A stretch of 54,858 nt of DNA, taken from NCBI GenBank assembly GCA_016202395.1, contig JACQOV010000013.1, forward strand, positions 1 through 54,858, written 5' to 3'. The translations under genes and the position numbers were made by a program. The DNA is from Deltaproteobacteria bacterium (lineage in GTDB: Bacteria > JACQOV01). The notes under the pieces were generated by a model. That model saw nothing but the letters and a program-made list of their open reading frames with translations. It did no database searches and was not told the origin of the DNA. Below, one piece after another: positions 27,563-38,600 of the stretch. Each line of letters begins with the position of its first letter. Position 1 is the stretch's first letter.

Positions 27563-30500
27563 TTAGGGAGGAGGAAAATCAGCCCATGGGCACGAGGCAT
27601 CCATCAAGCAAGGATCGTCACTCAATTTTCCTGTCAAGAAATAGTACCCCATCTGGTTGATTAAGAACGATCCGACATCCGAAGGGATATCCTCGTACGG
27701 CTCTGGGAGCGGGATCTTGTACTTGGGATCGGGGCCGTTGAGGCCATGGTAACCGTCGGTATCTCCGATAAGAGCGAATCGAGCCGAGGTTTCCACAGGG
27801 GTGGAATTGCCGACCTTCGTGGGAGGGACAGGGCCTGGGACGGAAGCAGGATCGTTCTCTACATGAACGATCCGACGATCGAGATCGGGGACATGCGCAG
27901 TCTTCGGCGAGCAGAGGTTAGCCCCTTGGGGGCTTGCGGGATCGATGGGTGAACACTCTGAAGGAGGCTCTTCAGAGTTTTTTCCGTTGGGGATCCAAAG
28001 AATCGGGTCGACAATGGCCGGAACCAGGTCGTAACAAGGGGTTGGCCTTCCTTCCTCGTCCAAAGGACAAAGGGTTCCATTTTCATCATAGGTGTTAGCG
28101 CAATCGGGGCTCCCTTCCATACAGATCTTTCCTTCCGCGTTCACATACGCAGGTCCATCCACCATCGCTCCTCGATAGATCCCTTTTCGAATGAGCTCTT
28201 CGTTCGTTGCTTCATCGATGGTTCCGATGATCCGAGGCGTCGCCAGTTCTGTGCTAATAGGAACGAAATTGTCATAAACCGTGGCTACGTTCACAACCCC
28301 TCGATTACTGGGAATCTCCTCAAACCGTCGGTTGTGGATCACGAAGCCGGTTTCAGGATCGTTCGTTGGAAGATCGGCGGTAAAGTAATGGTTCAGATAG
28401 TTGTGAGGGCTAATGGGATCGAGCAGATGTTGCCCCACGCTTAAGAAACGTCGGAATCGCGGGCTGTTTCTCTCCATGCCGTACCCTCGAATGGGTGAGG
28501 TGAGATCTCTCTCCAGCAGGATGTTTTGATTTTCATCCTTTAGGATGAGATGAAGTGGGTCTCCGATATCGGTCGCGACTGAAACACGGAATCTTCCGTC
28601 ACTGTGGATTCGGACCTGTTTTTCCTCTCCATTACGCAGATTTTTGAGGGTGGCGTAGCCCCGCGGCATCTGCGAGGTCAAGCTTGTATCTTTAAAATAC
28701 TCTAAATGGGAAAGATCGGCCTGCTTGGGGTCATCCGGATGAACCATACGAGTCAAATCAGAGAAGGTTAAGAAGAGCTGGTACTCCTCTCCTTGGAATC
28801 GGCCGGCCACACAAGGGGTGCAGATGGGGGAGAAGCCGATCTCCCAATAAGGCTCTTGACGGGTGCGAACGGCGATATCGGTGAGGATCGCTCCGCCGGA
28901 AAAAGAGAGGCTCGCTTCGGCCTCGGGGATGAGCGGGCCATAGATGTTAGCGCCAATGCTTCCTAGCGAGGATCCGGAGAGATGAAAATCAGGTCCGAGG
29001 TCGACGACCCCATCCTCATTAAAATCGCACTCGAAAGGAGAGGGCCTGCCTTTGCTGTCCTTCCCATCGCATTGGAGGATTGTTTGGATGAACATCTGTT
29101 GGTCGACTGCCGCTTGAATCATATTGGCCCAGGTGTGAAAGGGGTTTGTGGTATCCATCAACTTGCCCCCGGAGGCGATCTCTCCATGGAGATCGATCCC
29201 TCGAGCGCGTCCTTCTCCACCGACCACCTCTCCGAGCAGCGGACAGTGCCAGAGTTGATCCATGAGATCGGTCATCTCGGTAGAGGCAGGGATCTCCCAG
29301 ATATGTTTCACATCGGGACAGAACCGTGCGATCTCCCGGATGACGAGCTCTTTCAAAACGGTAAAAAGGATCTTCTTTAGCGCGTCGAATGCTTCCGGAA
29401 GTTTCTCACGAATGGCGTTGAGGTCTAATGTTTTTCCCGAGGCTGCAAGCTTTTGCGCGCAAGTTTTTTCTAGCTGTTTCGTGAGCGTATTTCCAGTAAA
29501 TAGATCGATTCCTAGAATCTCATCCATCCCTTGAAGGTCCTGGATCAATCGATCACAAAAGAGGGAGGGATCCTCTTCGGATCTCCCCGACGAAAGTTCC
29601 TCGAGTAGTAGGAGGGCTAAATCCTCGATTGCGGCCTCCGAGCAGGTTTCCCCGAACTGTTCCATACAGTCCTCATCCGATAGATCCAATCCTTGGGCGA
29701 TTGTCTCTTTGAAGAGAAGGTCCAAGAGATTTAAAAAATCCTCATCGCTACAAAGTCCCAGGTCGCCGCAGATGTAATTCACGAAGTTCTCAGGACGGAG
29801 ATTGTCCATGGGGCCATGGTCCGGGAAGTCCATTCCGCAGGTCGCGAAGCCCAACCGAGCGAGCGGCCCTGCGAGCAAGGTTGCTTTCACACGGCTCGCT
29901 GAGAACCCATGACCAAAGAAGATCACCGGAAAAGGGGGCTCGATGCCATGCTGCGGCCTTGCTTTCGGGATGGAGCAGACAAAGACCACATCCGTATTCT
30001 TATAAGCGGCTCGCTTACCATTCCGAAGATCGATGCCGGTCGCGTAATCAACGAGGAAGACCCCTTCCGTAGAGGGGATCTCTGGGAAGTCGGTCGATTC
30101 GGTAAAGGAGGGGGAATTAAATGTTCCGTAGACGAAGTAATCGACGTACTCCACCATAAGCTTTCCAGAGGCTCTTCCCCCGGAGAGGCTCCCTTTGGAT
30201 AGGAAGAAAAAGAGGGTGGTCGCCAACCGTTGAAACGGTTCTGCCTTGAGGATGTAAGGACTCCCGGTCTCCCCCCCGAGCTCTTCAGGAGCCTGAAGAT
30301 CACTCAGCGAATTAATCTTGGCGGGGAACTCCTCTTTAAGGAGTGCCATCGGGCCCTGGCCCCGAAGCCCTTCCAGCACGGCTCGGACGTACTTCGTTTG
30401 AGTTCCTGTGGTGTATTTCCAGGCGATGGCGATCTCCTCCGCTTCGACTCCAAACTTCTCAAGATGGGGAAGAGCCTGTTTTAGAGATTCTGTTTGCGTG

Positions 30501-31345
30501 GTGTGGTTGACGTATTGGAAGGGGGATTTAATGGGGAATTGGTTCAGACCTTTGATCCCTCGGGTGAGGACGACCACGTATTCACATTGTTCATCCAAGG
30601 TGTACTTGGGGCGAATGAGGAGCGTGTTCGTTTGCAAGTCATAGAAGTCAACGTACTCAAGCTCTGCGTCGTCGTCCAGATTAAACCGATTTCCCACGAA
30701 GTTGCATTTTCCATCGCCATTGAGATCCTCGTCCACGGGATCACACTGGCCGTCACCATTGGTATCGGGCTCTTGGTTGAAGATCGTATCCTCCGCGCAT
30801 CGATAAGGGTCGTTCGCAAAGATCTCTCGACATTCCCCTCGCAGTGCGGTTTGAAGTTGGGTGGGATAATTCCCTTCCCCTAGATCGAGTGGAAACCGTG
30901 TCCCTGCGGAGTACCGTTCACAGTCTTTGAGTGAAAGGAGATAGACACTCTGATTGCTCACTGTTTTGAGATCGAGTGGTTGATCGAACGAGACCCAGAT
31001 GGGGGCGATAGTTCCAAAGCCATCGATCAAGAGGTTGGCTTGGCGATTGATCTCCTTTTGGAAATCGGTGGGGGCATTCTCAACCGAGATATTCAAGCGG
31101 AGACCGGTGGGGGAGGAGGAATCCACTCTCATGGCGATGTCGTTGGGGAAGGGGAGATCGGGGATCTCTCCACGCTCCGTAGCGATGGGGTCCCAGATTA
31201 CGGTAGGCCCTTCCCCGGGAATCGTGAGGGCCAGCCCTACCGATTCGTTCCCATCGCTATCGAGGTTAAAACAGGCCATCTCCCCGATCATGAAGAGTGG
31301 GAGGATCGCCGTACCCTGAACAACCCTGACCCATGAGTTTTTCAT
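27563..31345 (-). CDS. Large lipoprotein alpha/beta hydrolase (bacterial virulence-lipase-like, N-terminal Ig-like region)
   Basis: Lipobox-like MAC; LPFPND and DGFGT motifs; PVIFFGHG oxyanion region; nucleophile elbow GSSLG; DxNGDG Ca-binding loops. Confidence 0.75.
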   Translation of the reverse strand: MKNSWVRVVQGTAILPLFMIGEMACFNLDSDGNESVGLALTIPGEGPTVIWDPIATERGEIPDLPFPNDIAMRVDSSSPTGLRLNISVENAPTDFQKEINRQANLLIDGFGTIAPIWVSFDQPLDLKTVSNQSVYLLSLKDCERYSAGTRFPLDLGEGNYPTQLQTALRGECREIFANDPYRCAEDTIFNQEPDTNGDGQCDPVDEDLNGDGKCNFVGNRFNLDDDAELEYVDFYDLQTNTLLIRPKYTLDEQCEYVVVLTRGIKGLNQFPIKSPFQYVNHTTQTESLKQALPHLEKFGVEAEEIAIAWKYTTGTQTKYVRAVLEGLRGQGPMALLKEEFPAKINSLSDLQAPEELGGETGSPYILKAEPFQRLATTLFFFLSKGSLSGGRASGKLMVEYVDYFVYGTFNSPSFTESTDFPEIPSTEGVFLVDYATGIDLRNGKRAAYKNTDVVFVCSIPKARPQHGIEPPFPVIFFGHGFSASRVKATLLAGPLARLGFATCGMDFPDHGPMDNLRPENFVNYICGDLGLCSDEDFLNLLDLLFKETIAQGLDLSDEDCMEQFGETCSEAAIEDLALLLLEELSSGRSEEDPSLFCDRLIQDLQGMDEILGIDLFTGNTLTKQLEKTCAQKLAASGKTLDLNAIREKLPEAFDALKKILFTVLKELVIREIARFCPDVKHIWEIPASTEMTDLMDQLWHCPLLGEVVGGEGRARGIDLHGEIASGGKLMDTTNPFHTWANMIQAAVDQQMFIQTILQCDGKDSKGRPSPFECDFNEDGVVDLGPDFHLSGSSLGSIGANIYGPLIPEAEASLSFSGGAILTDIAVRTRQEPYWEIGFSPICTPCVAGRFQGEEYQLFLTFSDLTRMVHPDDPKQADLSHLEYFKDTSLTSQMPRGYATLKNLRNGEEKQVRIHSDGRFRVSVATDIGDPLHLILKDENQNILLERDLTSPIRGYGMERNSPRFRRFLSVGQHLLDPISPHNYLNHYFTADLPTNDPETGFVIHNRRFEEIPSNRGVVNVATVYDNFVPISTELATPRIIGTIDEATNEELIRKGIYRGAMVDGPAYVNAEGKICMEGSPDCANTYDENGTLCPLDEEGRPTPCYDLVPAIVDPILWIPNGKNSEEPPSECSPIDPASPQGANLCSPKTAHVPDLDRRIVHVENDPASVPGPVPPTKVGNSTPVETSARFALIGDTDGYHGLNGPDPKYKIPLPEPYEDIPSDVGSFLINQMGYYFLTGKLSDDPCLMDASCPWADFPPP

Positions 31346-34020
31346 AAGAATCGGACAACGCCGTAGCGTCGCTCACACTTATTTTTAGAGAGGGCAAGCC
31401 GACAGGCTTTGCCATCTTTATCTCGACTTTGGATAAAATAGATCTCGCCATTGTGGATTCCCACACTGTGAGTGATCCACCCGCCTCTTTCAGGCTCCGG
31501 GCCGGTGATCAGCTCTTGATCGGTCCCGTCGATGTTCGAGATCCAGTATCGGATGTAGTAAGGGGTAAAATCCTCGGTGTAGTAACCGGGCACCGACAAG
31601 AACCGAACCTCTGCCAGTGAGAGTCCTTGATAAAAACCATCATAGTAGGGGGGGGATTGGAGAAAGGCATCAAAACGCTCTCCAAAATGGAGGTTCTTTT
31701 CAGAGTAGGAAGGGTCTCCTTGACTGCTGATAAAAAAGAGTTGACGACCGTTATCGAGAAGCTTGGTATGTTCATACCACGCGGGATGGTTGTCTATCAC
31801 GAAGGACTCTGAAGAGATCTCTGCCGGCCAATTCAATTTTGTAAATTTTTGAATGATTCCGTTTTCGCCCAGTGTTCCCATAAAAGTGCGAAGCGAATGT
31901 TTAGAGAAAGAGCTTGTTGTAAAGAAGAGGCTTGGATCGTCTGGCCATTGAGGGGAGATGCCATTGGCCTCATAGATCCCCTGATCCACCGCCGGCAACA
32001 CTAATCGGATGTTTTTGAGTTGGAAAGAAGGATCCGTATCGGTGTTGTATCGGAGATCTCCGAGAAGTAAGGTGTTGGCGGTTAATAGCTCCGAGGTGGG
32101 ATTCCAGTTGCCGGTCCAGAATAGGTTTTGACCATCGGGAGAAACGTGGGCCTGGAAACCCCAGGCGGAGGGGGGGATGTTTTCAGGCAACAGAGGGGAG
32201 AGTCCCGTCCCATCTAATCGAATGGCATAAAACTGCGCTCCTTGAGCTTGTCCTTGCCATCCCCAGGAGGAAGGATGATCGTTAGCCAAAAAGAATAGCG
32301 CTACCGGCTCCCCATTGAGATCATGGATCCATTGAGGCAGCGCCCCCAGATTGGGTTGATTCTCGAAGAGCCCGGTTTGGAATCCGCCCGGCCACACGGC
32401 GCAAGTAACACAACATTGCGTCAAATCTTGCTTTTCCCCGTCCTTGTAACAAGGGGCCTCTGTGATGCCAATCTTTTCCTCTTCCAGGTTCACAAAACCA
32501 AGGGCCTCTTGGATCTCCGTAGAAACTGAATCGATTTCGCTGAGGTCGATGAACTCTGAGATCTCCGGAGTTTGTGTAACGTCAGTCTTCTCATACAGTT
32601 TGGGGATCTCGGTCACATAGATCTGGTGAAATCCCCCCTCGATCTCTTTCGTGTAGGCCAGTTTTTTCCCATCCGGGGAGAGAACGTATTCATTCGGTAT
32701 CGGTAGCGGGGGGAAGGCCCCGTGGAGCGCTCTTTCCCCTTCAAACACAGGGCAGGGCTCTCCTCCTTCATCATAGGGACCACAGAAGATCTCGATCCTT
32801 CTCGGAGAAGGGGCCACGGGAGCGGGCGCTGGCTCGTATTTCCACTGGGCCCCCACGGTGACGTTGGAGAAGTCATACACCGATTTTCCTGTTGTCGGAT
32901 CACAAGCGCGGATGATCGCTTTGTCTCCTAAACTGCCCGATCCATCTTGATCGGTGTCTTCATAGGCAAAGACCGTGTTGGGGTTTCGATCCGGATCATC
33001 GAGGGTTCGAAGGGTCAAATCGTTTAAAGCCAGAAACTCTTCCGCATCTTTGGGTAATCGCGGGATCTCGTAGGACGAACCCTCCGGATCAATCACAAAG
33101 AGAGGGTCACAAATCCCCGTGTCCGAAGGGCAATCTCCCTCATTGGGGCCGCTGTAGAGATTTGCCACGGTGGCTCGAATGGTGACGGGAGGATTCCCTG
33201 GGCCGAACTGATAGATGAGAGCAGCATCGACCTTGTCCCACACGCCGGCATAGACGGCGTCGCTCAGAGGCGCTTCACATTTCCCTTGGACCCAACGGAT
33301 CGGCAACGGCTCCCCCTGGAGGTCGGCGAGGGTGCAATCGTTGGCCCAAATCTCTTGGAGATCCTGTTCGATGAGAGTGGGTTGAGAGGTCCGTTCCCAG
33401 AACTGATCTCGGTTCAGGCAATCGAAATGCTTGTGGAACGTGGCTCCCAGAGGGGAGGTCGGCATGTAGAGGGCGCGGAGTCTTTTGTGTCGATTGAGAT
33501 TGAGCTCGATCACATCATCGAAGAAAAGGTGGTTCGCATCGGCGTAAAGTCGAAAGAGTCGCGCCAAGAATCGCCCGTAGGTGGCTTCACAAAGATTGAT
33601 CCCTTCAGCCTCCCCCGTTGAAAACTGTTCCAGCGCGGTTTCCCAATCCCCGGATTCCAACGCTCGCTTGCCGCAACTGAGGGCGTTCTCATCCGTGGCG
33701 CATTCTACGAGGACGGAATGGCAAGACTGAACATAAAGATCCACCGCTTCTTCATCCTCTCCGTCCATAAATTTTTCAGGGCAGGCATTCGCTACTGTTC
33801 GTGGTCTTGAAGCGGTGGGTTCCCCCTCATTCGCCGTTCTCTGAATCACTTCCGGTGGAGGACACACCCCTTCGATTGGAGTGGATACCGTTGGACTCTC
33901 CGGAGAAGGTTCCGCCGGTTCCGAACTACTTGTATCCGGCGCATTTTCAGGGTGGCTACAACCGAGTACGGCAACGATTCCCAGCATGCCTAGCAGTAAC
34001 CATTGAAGGCGATTTTTCAT
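31342..34020 (-). CDS. Lipoprotein with a probable C-terminal TolB-like beta-propeller
   Basis: ATG 34020 after AAGGGGGG; lipobox VLGC; LSPDGKKLAY, VSPDGQNLFW, IRLDGTG, SNIDGTDQE repeats; stop overlaps the next start. Confidence 0.7.
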   Translation of the reverse strand: MKNRLQWLLLGMLGIVAVLGCSHPENAPDTSSSEPAEPSPESPTVSTPIEGVCPPPEVIQRTANEGEPTASRPRTVANACPEKFMDGEDEEAVDLYVQSCHSVLVECATDENALSCGKRALESGDWETALEQFSTGEAEGINLCEATYGRFLARLFRLYADANHLFFDDVIELNLNRHKRLRALYMPTSPLGATFHKHFDCLNRDQFWERTSQPTLIEQDLQEIWANDCTLADLQGEPLPIRWVQGKCEAPLSDAVYAGVWDKVDAALIYQFGPGNPPVTIRATVANLYSGPNEGDCPSDTGICDPLFVIDPEGSSYEIPRLPKDAEEFLALNDLTLRTLDDPDRNPNTVFAYEDTDQDGSGSLGDKAIIRACDPTTGKSVYDFSNVTVGAQWKYEPAPAPVAPSPRRIEIFCGPYDEGGEPCPVFEGERALHGAFPPLPIPNEYVLSPDGKKLAYTKEIEGGFHQIYVTEIPKLYEKTDVTQTPEISEFIDLSEIDSVSTEIQEALGFVNLEEEKIGITEAPCYKDGEKQDLTQCCVTCAVWPGGFQTGLFENQPNLGALPQWIHDLNGEPVALFFLANDHPSSWGWQGQAQGAQFYAIRLDGTGLSPLLPENIPPSAWGFQAHVSPDGQNLFWTGNWNPTSELLTANTLLLGDLRYNTDTDPSFQLKNIRLVLPAVDQGIYEANGISPQWPDDPSLFFTTSSFSKHSLRTFMGTLGENGIIQKFTKLNWPAEISSESFVIDNHPAWYEHTKLLDNGRQLFFISSQGDPSYSEKNLHFGERFDAFLQSPPYYDGFYQGLSLAEVRFLSVPGYYTEDFTPYYIRYWISNIDGTDQELITGPEPERGGWITHSVGIHNGEIYFIQSRDKDGKACRLALSKNKCERRYGVVRFL

Positions 34021-34044
34021 GGTGGCCCCCCTTTTTCTGCTTTG

Positions 34045-34123
34045 CCCCCTCATCCTAACCTTCTCCCCAACGGGGAGAAGGGATTTTTCCTCTCCCCCTT
34101 GGGGAGAGGATTGAGGTGAGGGG
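34045..34123. repeat. REP-like double-hairpin intergenic element
   Basis: CCTTCTCCCC/GGGGAGAAGG and TCCTCTCCCC/GGGGAGAGGA hairpins enclosed by CCCCTCA..TGAGGGG. Confidence 0.75.
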
Positions 34124-34134
34124 AATTCACTTCA

Positions 34135-35607
34135 TCACCACTGCAGCGTGAGACGCCCTTGGACGGTCCAGAGATTATCGAGTCCATTCCCATTGGCGTC
34201 GTTAAAGGCATCGCCCGGCAGGAAATAACCCCCTTGGACTCCGCCGATGAATTTAAGACCTCCCAGTGATTCTGCGATCTGGCTGTAACTCAATCCACCA
34301 TCGATCTCCATGCCAAGACTTTCATCGGGGATTCCGCCATAGTGATTGGTTGGAGTTCCACCCGCTAAGCCGGTTTGGAATGCATCGATCAATTTCTGGG
34401 GCGCGTAGGCGTAAAGAAATCCAAAGATTGCTTCCCAACCTTTGGCCGGCCAGACTTTTACTGTGGGATTCACATAGAAAGCGTTGGTCACCGATCCATC
34501 CGTCGGGATGAGAGTATGACCATCCGACGGCACGGCTCGAAGCAAAGGATCTTCAGCATTGCTTGCCGATTTTTCAGAAAGAGAGGCCAAGAGTTGCTCA
34601 AATAAAATGAGTCCCACGTTGTAGTCCGGACTGAAACTAAAAGCAGTTACTTCGTTGTCCAAAACGTCAGAATCCCCGGAGGCCCAGCCAACTTCGGTGG
34701 CGGTTTGGGACCACAAGTTTTTATATCCTCCACGTCCAACAAGCCCTGCCTGTCGAATCTCTCCTTCTTGCGGAGGATTATGAAGTTTGTCAACCGCGAG
34801 ATCCGTGGTTCCAACGATGTACACCCCTTCTCCTTGCGCAAATAGAGAGTTTTCTTCATCAATTTCATAATTCAGGTTCAGGTAGGCATCAAAGCCCCAG
34901 GCATTGAGGTCTTTCTCTTCTTCGATGTATTGGGTGCGGCGGACGATGTAGGTTCCTGCAGTGACCGGTTTGGTTTGATAGAGATTGGCAAAGATAAAAT
35001 TGAATGCGTCGTCATCGGTTGTGGCCAGAGGGTCTTGGACCACGCGGTCAAAAGCAAGAATCAGATTCCAAGGGATTTCCTGGCCCATGGGGCGTGTGGC
35101 AATCAAAAATCGATCCGAGGTGTTGCCGAACTGATTGTCGCCAAAATCGTCATCAAAACCATCGCCGGAGTTGGCGAGGATCCCCATCCCCCAGTGCGAG
35201 GGAGCCCGACCTCCTCGAATGAGGCCAATGGGAGTTCGCAAATCAAACCATGCTCGATTAAACTCCGCTTCATCCAGGTCGCCCCCCTCCGGGCTTCCTG
35301 TTGGAACCGTGACGCCATCGACCTCTTGGCTTAAGGTTCCATTAAAGAAATCCCCTTGCGCCTGGATTTTAAGAAACTTCCCAAAGGTTAAAACAGGCTC
35401 CAGGCGAAGCCGATTCGTCCAAGTCGTGTTGGAGTCGATGGTATCGTTATCGTCGATGGCAAATCCCTCTGTGCTGATTCCGCGCAGCCGATCGTAGCCA
35501 TCGAGGTCGAAGAAGCCATAAGTAAAAGCATCCTGTGGCTCTTCAGCAAAGCTCAGAGAGCTGGCTAGAAGAAAAGTTGCAAAAATTGAGATCCATTTTT
35601 TAGTCAT
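34135..35607 (-). CDS. Outer membrane beta-barrel channel (alginate-export-like)
   Basis: Signal peptide ending SFA; RLRLEP, GRAPSHWGMGILAN, amphipathic strands, YFLPGDAF, C-terminal RLTLQW. Confidence 0.78.
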   Translation of the reverse strand: MTKKWISIFATFLLASSLSFAEEPQDAFTYGFFDLDGYDRLRGISTEGFAIDDNDTIDSNTTWTNRLRLEPVLTFGKFLKIQAQGDFFNGTLSQEVDGVTVPTGSPEGGDLDEAEFNRAWFDLRTPIGLIRGGRAPSHWGMGILANSGDGFDDDFGDNQFGNTSDRFLIATRPMGQEIPWNLILAFDRVVQDPLATTDDDAFNFIFANLYQTKPVTAGTYIVRRTQYIEEEKDLNAWGFDAYLNLNYEIDEENSLFAQGEGVYIVGTTDLAVDKLHNPPQEGEIRQAGLVGRGGYKNLWSQTATEVGWASGDSDVLDNEVTAFSFSPDYNVGLILFEQLLASLSEKSASNAEDPLLRAVPSDGHTLIPTDGSVTNAFYVNPTVKVWPAKGWEAIFGFLYAYAPQKLIDAFQTGLAGGTPTNHYGGIPDESLGMEIDGGLSYSQIAESLGGLKFIGGVQGGYFLPGDAFNDANGNGLDNLWTVQGRLTLQW

Positions 35608-35622
35608 CTTTTTCTCCTTTTG

Positions 35623-38600
35623 CTAATTTCCAAGCTTTAAGATCCCTTTCAAAGTTGTTCCTAAATTGATCTCAGCCGTAGGGGGAAACCCATCAATGTA
35701 TTTGTCGCAGGTGTAGAGCCCCGTTTCGGGATCCGATTTTGAAACAGCCATGCAAGCATCATCAATTAGATTTCCCGTTTTAAAAAACCAGGCAATCCGA
35801 TTCGTTTCATACGTCCCCCAGTCAAAATAGAGCCAGTTGTAATAGGTCTTAGGTTCGTTTGGATTTTCTTGGGGGTTTACCTCAACAGCATCGGTCTCAT
35901 TTGGCATTTTCACTGTAAAACCAGGAATGTCCAGATCTTCATTGCGTGGCGAAGCAGGCCAGACCCCATGCCATCCTTCAATTCCGCTCATTAAGGTTGC
36001 CCGAGATACAATCTGAAATGGCTCACCGGAGTCATTGGGGGTAATTTCCATTGGAGCACGGAAAACGGAAGGTACACCACTGACTGGAACAACATTCCCA
36101 TCCGGAGCTGTAACGAAGTATTGAGATGGTGTACAGGCACTTGCATCCTCTCCCGCTCGGCTTGAGGGATCGACAGGACTACAGCCTTCTGGGGATGGAT
36201 TGTTTGTGGATTCATCGGAAACAGGGAAAGCTATGGGGTCGGAACTTACAGGAATAATGTCATAACAGGGTTCGCCTGGATCACAAGATTGTCCGAAACG
36301 GTTGTAGGTTACTTCGCAACCGGGAGTTCCTTCCATGCAGACCTTCCCTTCTGCATTAACAAAGGCTGAGCCCACCACACACTCTGTAATTCCTGATTGG
36401 ACATCTTGCTGACTTTGTGCATGGCTAATTGCGCCCATGACACGGCTGTAAGTCCATCCCGTATTGCAAGGGACATTAGAATCGCCAATCGAAAATAGAT
36501 TATAAATTCCAAGGTCATTGGTTCGTGTAGAGAATCTCCTTGCCTCGACAGTAAAAGGGTTCCCTTCAAAATCGACAACAGAATGGTCAATAGGGACTCT
36601 TCCTGTGAAACCATGAATTCCAAAATTCACCCCATCACGACTATCGATTACATGTTGAGCAATGGAATAAAACCGTCGAAAACCAGGAGTATTTCTTTCA
36701 AATCCCCATCCTCTCACAGGGGACTTAAATTCTATCTCATAGAACTTGTTTTTGTTGGGATCGAAATTCTTGAGATCCACAAATTCGTTGTCCGCATATC
36801 CTTCATTCGAGGAAAGAATGAGCCTCAGTGGATCATGCAGATCGGTTCTAACGGAAACACGCCATATTCCACCACTATTAATTCTAACGGTTTTTCTATC
36901 ACCATTCCGGAGATTTTCAAGTGTGGCAAAGCCTTTAGGAATTTTGATGGCAAGGTCTGCCGAAATTTGAGCAAGGGGCACATTGACGTCATCATTCACA
37001 TCGGAGAAACTTAACATCAATTGATGTTCTCCTCCCTCACCACGAATGCTACTCACGCAGGGAGAACACCAAAGCTCACCGTTCACAGCTTGCCACACTC
37101 CTCCTTGAAAGGTTCGAACACCTACATCCGTTGCTCCTGCAAATCCTGAGGAAGGGGCCGTAGAGGTGAAGTGGGGAATGATTGGAGCAGCCACTTGACA
37201 GAGAATTCCACCCAACGAAGAACCCGTACAGTGAAAAGGACCCCCGATGTCTACTACTCCATCTTCGTTGAAATCACCATTATAGGGGGGCTCAAACTTT
37301 GAAGTTGAAAAAGAAAGGATTGTGTTTATAACAAAATTAAAGTCAATAACACTTTGTTCAACGACAGAACGGGTGTGACCGATATCGGCGCTCCAGAAAT
37401 CTCCGCCCGATTTTAGAGTTCCTTTTCCATATCCCGACTCTAAATCAATATTTCCTTCCGCATCCCTGCCATAAGCCCGAGCTACAGCTTCGCCTGTTCC
37501 AAGGATGTCATAGAAAAGAGGAGAGAATGCGATCTTTTCTAGAATGTCAGAAGCATCGGTATTAATGGGAATATCTGAGATTCTATCAACACCGGGCACA
37601 TAAAATGTGGCTTGCCAAATAAAGAATGTTTTAATCACATTGATCACCAGATCGACAGCCTTTGTCAGAATTTCATCGAGATTGTCTCCATGCTTTGAGA
37701 GGTATTTTTCAACTTTTGCTTTACAGTCTTTGGAAACATCCACTCCTAGGGTTTTTTCTGCAAAAGCGCTTAGATCAATAGCATTGAGGATTTGTTGGAT
37801 CTCGCTTACAGAATTATCAGTTTTGGAAACGGACCCCCCGGGTTGAATGAGATTACAAAGCGACTCTGCGAGATACTTTTCACTATCCGCCAACGCTGAT
37901 AGAAGCTCTTGAGCTGTTGCCTCCGAACAATCCTTTTGCCAAAGGGCTTGACATTGCGCATTGATAACATCGACGCAGCTTTCCTTATACAAACTTTGAC
38001 ATTTCTCTTCACTCGAAACTTCCAAGCAATCCTTTTCAAATGTTTCATTGCACTTTTCATTGCTGGAGTATGTCTCCTTGAATGTTTTCTCGATGATCTC
38101 TTCTTCGACAAACTCTTCAAAAAGTGCGAGAATCTCAGGGCGTATCATGTCGTCAAGAAAAAGGCTTCTAAGGGCTGCGTCACTAAGCTCACCTCCTACA
38201 AGATCACCTACGACATTAACAAGCCCTCCTTGAACAAAATCTTCTTGAGGACCATGATGAGCTGCGTTCATAGTACAGGCCGCAAAGCAATGTTTGTTAT
38301 AGCTAGCAGCAAATCCAAAAAGTTCTAAAAAGTCGGACGTGTAGCCATGCTCGTGAAAAATAATGGGGAAGGGAGCTTCGCATCCTAGCTCGGGTCTTGG
38401 TTTTGGTATTACACAAGCAACCCGTTTTTTTGTATTTACCTTAGGAGCAACCTTTTTCCCAGTGGTATAGTTCGTGCCATCTAGTTCGATCAAAATAGCC
38501 GATTTTGTTGGATCGTTTTCAGGGTGATCTTCGGGTAAATTTTCATCTTGGAGGAAGTAAGGGGCTTGGACATCGAATATCACAAAATAATCCGTGTATC

